From Podarcis vaucheri (taxonomy: Eukaryota), in assembly GCA_965113315.1 (NCBI GenBank), contig OZ220363.1: DNA of 64,000 bases; one strand, written 5' to 3'. Positions 61,058-64,000 of this stretch are shown one piece after another; position 1 is the first letter of the stretch; every line of letters starts with the position of its first letter. The position numbers were made by a program, and so were the translations under genes. A model generated the notes under the pieces. That model was not told the DNA's origin and searched no databases. It saw nothing but the letters and a program-made list of their open reading frames with translations.

Positions 61058-61959
61058 TTATTATTTATACCCCGCCCATCTGGCTGGGTTTCCCCAGCCA
61101 CTCTGGGTGGATTCCAACGAAACACTAAAATACAATAACCTATTAAACATTAAAAGCTTCCCATGCAGGGCTGCCTTCAGATGTCTTCTAAAAGTTTGGT
61201 AGTTACTTTTCTCTTCGACATCTGGTGAGAGGGCATTCCACAGGGCAGAAGGCCCTCTGCCTGGTTCCCTGTAACTTGGCTTCTAGTAGTGAGGGAACTG
61301 CCAGAAGGCCATCGGTGCTGGACCTCAGTGTCCGGGCAGAACGATGGAGGTGGAGGCGCTCCTTCAAGTATACTGGATAGAGGCCGTTTAGGGCTTTAAA
61401 GGCCAGCACCAACACTTTGAACTGTGCTCGGAAACGGACTGGGAGCCAATGTAGGTCTTTCAGGACTGGTGCTCTATGGTCTTGGCGGCCGCTCCAAGTC
61501 ATCAGTCTAGCTGCCGTATTCTGGATTAGTTGTAGTTTCCGGGTCACCTTCAAAGGTAGCCCCATGTAGAGCGCATTGCAGTAGTCCAAGCGAGAGAGAG
61601 ATATATTAAAGCCAGGCAATTCAAAACATATTGTGCAGAAGACTCAAGTTCTCTCAAAAGCCTGAATAAACATGCCTTCAGATGGAAACAAAGAGGTGAT
61701 ACTGAAGAGGCCTCAGAAAGATGCGTAGCAGTGTCAGAAAACAAAACTTCTGTATCGCTTCCCAGCAACTGAAGCGCTTGATATAAGCTCAAGTTGCGTA
61801 AGAAACTTGATCTGAAAAGGTTTTATTGCAGATCTCAGTTCCAGCTTCATTGTACCCTTCAAGCTATATCTGCACAGGTTTCCCCCTCACCTTTCCACAC
61901 TGTCGACATTTCCCTTCCTGACGTCTCCGATGTACCCAATGATGCCGCACAACCGTAGG
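20404..61959 (-). CDS. DGKZ: Diacylglycerol kinase zeta, spliced; 5' exons lie beyond the window end
   Basis: 26 GT-AG exons join in frame (2325 nt). They encode C1b, the MARCKS-like basic region, the catalytic domain (GGDGT), the accessory domain, ankyrin repeats and C-terminal QREDQETAV. The sequence matches DGKZ rather than DGKI (e.g. [35 protein letters not shown]). Confidence 0.96.
22692..22780. repeat. Compound microsatellite (TC)n(AC)n(AG)n
   Basis: Directly visible. Confidence 0.98.
24811..24910 (-). CDS. DGKZ: DGKZ exon [33 protein letters not shown] (ankyrin)
   Basis: 100 nt; tandem CAGCAG acceptor. Confidence 0.95.
25210..25646. mobile_element. Truncated Tc2/pogo-like non-autonomous element with internal hairpins
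   Basis: Right TIR ...GGTGCGTCCTA...GAAAAATATGG|TA; left end missing. Confidence 0.6.
25647..25864. mobile_element. Right half of a Tigger/Tc1-mariner-type MITE
   Basis: tgtaacctgaagc repeats and end ...CCCGAGGTAGCACTG|TA. Confidence 0.7.
26090..26126 (-). CDS. DGKZ: DGKZ exon (A)[11 protein letters not shown](N)
   Basis: 37 nt, homologous to APPEILDAVEEN. Confidence 0.9.
27136..27256 (-). CDS. DGKZ: DGKZ exon [40 protein letters not shown] (ankyrin)
   Basis: 121 nt, canonical sites. Confidence 0.94.
27571..27726 (+). mobile_element. tRNA-Lys-derived SINE with CR1-like tail
   Basis: gatagctcagttggtaga..ggttcaagccccacattggg followed by ttccaactctacaattctgtgattct. Confidence 0.75.
29462..29505 (-). 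CDS. DGKZ: DGKZ exon [14 protein letters not shown] (first ankyrin region)
   Basis: 44 nt, homologous to human EELIEAAKRNDFCK. Confidence 0.9.
29785..29807 (-). CDS. DGKZ: Probable 23-nt DGKZ exon LQTAPTG(D)
   Basis: ttccttctcccag| ... GAG|gtcaga; phase 2 to 1, as needed to link to the next exon; resembles DGKI RVLQSPVSSED. Confidence 0.65.
30197..30212 (-). CDS. DGKZ: Candidate 16-nt DGKZ microexon (G)GFME(L)
   Basis: About 130 nt AG-free pyrimidine-rich upstream, catcag|GGGGTTTTATGGAGCT|gtgagt, TGCATG just downstream; phase 1 to 2. Confidence 0.55.
30606..30634 (-). CDS. DGKZ: Candidate 29-nt DGKZ small exon (R)DLGFMAGEQ
   Basis: cacctgtag| ... AGG|gttagt; phase 2 to 1, stop-free. Confidence 0.5.
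32201..32382 (-). CDS. DGKZ: DGKZ exon [22 protein letters not shown]...STPVS(R)
   Basis: 182 nt, starts in phase 0, ends in phase 2 at CAG|gtgagg. Confidence 0.9.
33021..34430. mobile_element. Young 1410-bp non-autonomous hAT (Charlie-like) transposon with GC-rich captured interior
   Basis: Perfect 15-bp TIR CAGTGTTTCCCAACC; perfect 8-bp TSD GTCTAATG (33013-33020, 34431-34438); subterminal GGCACAC repeats; no transposase ORF. Confidence 0.93.
34706..34746 (-). CDS. DGKZ: DGKZ exon (S)[13 protein letters not shown]
   Basis: 41 nt, canonical sites. Confidence 0.94.
37137..37350 (+). mobile_element. Older L2 LINE 3' fragment
   Basis: Degenerate match to 54620-54870. Confidence 0.7.
40174..40208. 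repeat. 12-bp tandem repeat x3 (AACGAGGACCTA)
   Basis: Directly visible. Confidence 0.9.
40806..40875 (-). CDS. DGKZ: DGKZ exon [23 protein letters not shown]
   Basis: 70 nt, [11 protein letters not shown] conserved. Confidence 0.94.
41600..41617 (-). CDS. DGKZ: Candidate 18-nt alternative DGKZ microexon (PLGVRQ)
   Basis: Long AG-free polypyrimidine tract with UGC, tccag|CCCTTAGGCGTCAGGCAG|gtaata; phase 0/0 matches the host intron. Confidence 0.6.
42410..45639 (-). mobile_element. Full-length RTE-BovB LINE (3.23 kb)
   Basis: APE endonuclease ([11 protein letters not shown]) and RT (YADD); (CAA)n tail; 11-bp TSD GCTAAGCCGCT. Confidence 0.96.
42430..45533 (-). pseudogene. BovB endonuclease/reverse transcriptase ORF with one in-frame stop (43824-43826) and one frameshift (about 42727)
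   Basis: ORFs 43824-45533 and 42714-43823 are contiguous in the same frame; the C-terminus continues in 42430-42780. Confidence 0.92.
46204..46283 (-). CDS. DGKZ: DGKZ exon [26 protein letters not shown]
   Basis: 80 nt, ends in phase 0. Confidence 0.95.
46883..46983 (-). CDS. DGKZ: DGKZ exon [33 protein letters not shown](S)
   Basis: 101 nt, canonical sites. Confidence 0.95.
47308..47545 (+). mobile_element. L2 LINE 3' end with long (TAA)n tail
   Basis: Matches the 3' end of the 54003-54920 element. Confidence 0.8.
48666..48865 (-). CDS. DGKZ: DGKZ exon [18 protein letters not shown]...PMQVDGEPC...NSMPLLN(D)
   Basis: 200 nt, QVDGEP motif. Confidence 0.96.
49497..49608 (-). CDS. DGKZ: DGKZ exon [37 protein letters not shown]
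   Basis: 112 nt, canonical sites. Confidence 0.96.
49734..49807 (-). CDS. DGKZ: DGKZ exon [24 protein letters not shown](R)
   Basis: 74 nt, canonical sites. Confidence 0.95.
50055..50117 (-). CDS. DGKZ: DGKZ exon [21 protein letters not shown]
   Basis: 63 nt, canonical sites. Confidence 0.95.
50536..50591 (-). CDS. DGKZ: DGKZ exon (E)[18 protein letters not shown]
   Basis: 56 nt, canonical sites. Confidence 0.95.
51067..51145 (-). CDS. DGKZ: DGKZ exon [26 protein letters not shown]
   Basis: 79 nt, NNYFSLG motif of the accessory domain. Confidence 0.96.
51450..51950 (-). mobile_element. L1-like LINE 3' fragment
   Basis: Degenerate ORF2 C-terminus ([13 protein letters not shown]), homologous to 59325-59800. 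Confidence 0.65.
52205..52345 (-). CDS. DGKZ: DGKZ exon [47 protein letters not shown]
   Basis: 141 nt, canonical sites. Confidence 0.95.
52561..52760 (+). mobile_element. tRNA-Ile-like SINE plus CR1-type tails
   Basis: ggatagctcagttggttagagc..ggttcagtcccc; gggttggact..tctatgattct; related remnant at about 46385-46500. Confidence 0.65.
52847..52960 (-). CDS. DGKZ: DGKZ exon [38 protein letters not shown]
   Basis: 114 nt, [10 protein letters not shown] motif. Confidence 0.96.
53766..53826 (-). CDS. DGKZ: DGKZ exon [20 protein letters not shown] (ATP-binding motif)
   Basis: 61 nt, canonical sites, GGDGT motif. Confidence 0.96.
54003..54920 (+). mobile_element. L2 LINE 3' fragment (RT C-terminus, 250-aa open frame) with (TTA)n tail
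   Basis: [29 protein letters not shown] typical of L2 ORF2. Confidence 0.9.
55774..55856 (-). CDS. DGKZ: DGKZ exon [28 protein letters not shown]
   Basis: 83 nt, canonical sites. Confidence 0.95.
55986..56081 (-). CDS. DGKZ: DGKZ exon [32 protein letters not shown]
   Basis: 96 nt, canonical sites; start of the catalytic domain (NPKSG). Confidence 0.96.
56946..57378 (+). mobile_element. Solo LTR (Gypsy-like)
   Basis: TGTCA...TGATA termini (CA mutated to TA) with 5-bp TSD GTTAT on both sides. Confidence 0.7.
58487..58558 (-). CDS. DGKZ: DGKZ exon [24 protein letters not shown] (MARCKS-like domain / NLS)
   Basis: 72 nt, tctag| ... GAG|gtcaga; basic MARCKS-PSD-like stretch typical of type IV DGKs. 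Confidence 0.94.
58655..58771 (-). CDS. DGKZ: DGKZ exon [39 protein letters not shown]
   Basis: 117 nt, ttcag| ... CAA|gtaggt. Confidence 0.95.
59108..59179 (-). CDS. DGKZ: DGKZ exon [24 protein letters not shown]
   Basis: 72 nt, tgcag| ... GCA|gtgagt. Confidence 0.95.
59325..59800 (+). mobile_element. L1-like LINE 3' end
   Basis: [31 protein letters not shown], followed by an A-rich tail. Confidence 0.7.
59815..60306 (-). mobile_element. L2 LINE 3' fragment (second family)
   Basis: [33 protein letters not shown]. Confidence 0.85.
60698..60948 (+). repeat. Non-autonomous retroposon fragment (Vingi/RTE-like)
   Basis: ggagaaggaaaactctga..gtttgacttcaccc..gatgccaacaa; recognised from memory only. 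Confidence 0.4.
61012..61594 (-). mobile_element. L2 LINE 3' fragment, same family as 54003-54920, opposite orientation
   Basis: [26 protein letters not shown]..; (TAA)n tail. Confidence 0.9.
61891..61959 (-). CDS. DGKZ: DGKZ exon [23 protein letters not shown] (C1 domain)
   Basis: 69 nt, cacag| ... AAG|gtgagg. Confidence 0.93.
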
Positions 61960-63402
61960 CTGTGGAGAAACATGTGAACAGTTTAAAGGACGAGGAAATG
62001 GGAGAGACACATATACCGTCCCCTGAGCACACATCTAGGCTGGGATGCTTAGAAGCCAAGGCCTCCAATGCTGCCTTGACAATCCAGAACAGAGTAAGCC
62101 ACCTTCACCTTTCCCCGCTTCAGAACCACCTCAAACTCAGAAAGTATGCCTCAGAGCCAAACAAGGACAAATGCAGAGCACTTCCAAAGGCAAGTATTCA
62201 GCGCCCATTACTGAAGATGAAAAAAGTACTTTCTTTTTAAGATGCACCAAACACAAACTATTCAAAACAATATTACATGGCATTGAATACAAGAATAGTC
62301 TACCATCTACATATTTGCTGCGAGTAATACCTCAAGGCTATGAGCAAGCAATCCATGTTGCAACACAGAGAGATTATGCTATATGTAGCTTTTCTTTCTG
62401 AAACGAGGTTAAATACACAGGAGTAACAGGCAAGGCTGTGCTTAGCGGCAAAAGGAACAAATTCCTGGTCCCATTTAACAACATGGATCCTCACGGCTTC
62501 AAATTTATTAAATTGTTAGAAGTCGAATGAGTATAGGCTGTTTAGTGAAATTACCTTAACTTAACCACAACATGAGATAGCTGCTCATTTCATGGTTATG
62601 TAGAAAATAAAGTTCTGTGGGATGCAATCTGTAGCTTTGAAGGTGGCTGACAGGATGATTTTCAGCAATCCTATGCACTAAGACTTCTCTCATTGACTGA
62701 AATCAATGGACAGGGGCAAAGAGCAGGGCTTTCTCTGCAATTAAGTGCCCTCTCCCTTATTGGATTTCTCACTCTTCCCCACCACACTGCCCCGTTGCAA
62801 AAAAGAAGAAAAAAAGGCCTTACTGGCTATCTTTGTCTCTCAGAAATTAGCTAAAGGCAATTTATTTCAGCTGGTGTTCAGAGGCAGAAACAGATGCCAA
62901 TTTTATGATAACTTGTTATTCTTTTATTGCCTGTAAATGTTTAATTGTTTATATATTTTTATGGTTGTTAATGTTTTACTACTAACTATTGCTCTATTCT
63001 TAACTGTAAGCTGCCCCAAGAGCCATTTTATAAGGGCCATGTGGTAGGATATAAATGCAATACATACATAAATAAATTTGTGCAAGTATTCAGCAAAGAC
63101 CATAATTTACTTTTTTCCCTAGTCTCTGTTGAAAGTGAACGCTGCAAGCACGGCAATTCAGGAAAATGTGACCAGGTATTTATTTTTACATCTTTTCCTG
63201 TACAATCTTCTTAACATTTCTTGATTACTCAGATATTCACCAGATTCACTCCAATAATGATTCTATTAGGAGTCACAAAGGTGAGACTCAAAGACAGGCT
63301 GCACTTCTAATCCCACCAAGCCAAGAGAAAACACACCAAAAAACAAGTCAGGATAAAACCTAAGGGTTACCATAGTGACTTGGTTACTAAGAATGAGAGT
63401 TA

Positions 63403-63626
63403 CAGTGGTACCTCGGAAGTTGAACGGAATCCGTTCTGGAAGTCCATTCGAATTCCAAAACGTTCGGAAACCAAAGCTCCTGCAGCCAATCAGAAGCTGT
63501 GGAAGCCGCATCGGATGTTTGGGTTCCAAAGAACATTTGCAAACCAGGACACTCACTTCCGGGTTTGCGACATTCGGGAGCCAAAACGTTCGACTCACAA
63601 GGCGTTCAGGGTCCAAGGTACGACTG
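63403..63626. mobile_element. Tigger/Tc1-mariner-type MITE
   Basis: TA|CAGTGGTACCTCGG ... CCAAGGTACGACTG|TA. Confidence 0.8.
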
Positions 63627-63782
63627 TACACCTTCCTCCACTGGGAATGCTATGTCTGTATGTTAAAATTGCTTGGCTCTTTAAAAATATGTTCGAAGGA
63701 AGATTCCTTTAGGTCTACATCCAGTTTGAGAGCCGGTGCAAAGTCTGTTCAGGTGAAGCACATGTTCAAGTTTTCTCTATGA

Positions 63783-64000
63783 CAGTGTTTCCCAACCACT
63801 GTTCCGCGGCACACTAGTGTGCCGCGAGATGTTGCCTGGTGTGCCGCGGGAAAAATTAAAAAATTTGAAAGATTTTTTTTTTAAAGTCAAATTTTCGATT
63901 GGGGCGCCGTCACTAGATGACCCCTGGGGTTCCCTCCCTCCCTCCCGCTCTGCGCCTCCCTCCTCCTCCTCCGGGGAGGCCCTTCCTGGCTCTCGGCCAA
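63783..64000. mobile_element. Second copy of the 33021-34430 hAT element, inverted, running off the window
   Basis: Near-identical reverse complement of about 34212-34430; preceded by CTCTATGA (hAT-type target). Confidence 0.93.

Noticed and set aside
20404-61959. Assignment to DGKI
   Set aside because: Diagnostic C-terminal and linker residues match DGKZ.

Overview
Vertebrate genomic DNA, almost certainly a lacertid lizard (POM-type Sauria SINE, squamate BovB, L2, CR1 and DNA-transposon families). About 42 kb is the 3' part of a minus-strand diacylglycerol kinase zeta gene (DGKZ). I traced 26 GT-AG coding exons from the second C1 domain (61959) to the stop codon (20404). They join into one 775-codon frame ending in the PDZ-binding motif ETAV, and the 3' UTR probably runs to about 17.2 kb. 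A CpG island at about 6.3-7.5 kb is probably the promoter of the next minus-strand gene (MDK by human synteny; no MDK coding exon was seen). Introns hold a near-intact full-length BovB nested in a Tc1/mariner-type MITE, several L2/L1/CR1 fragments, SINEs, solo LTRs and MITEs. Most interesting: (1) a young 1.41-kb non-autonomous hAT element, with a second copy in the window, that appears to have captured a CpG-island promoter plus an ATG-containing first exon whose donor is in phase with the next DGKZ exon; (2) candidate unannotated DGKZ microexons (18 nt, and a phase-chained 29+16+23 nt cluster); (3) inverted repeat pairs bracketing DGKZ exons. All coordinates were read by eye, and family names come from recognition, not database searches.
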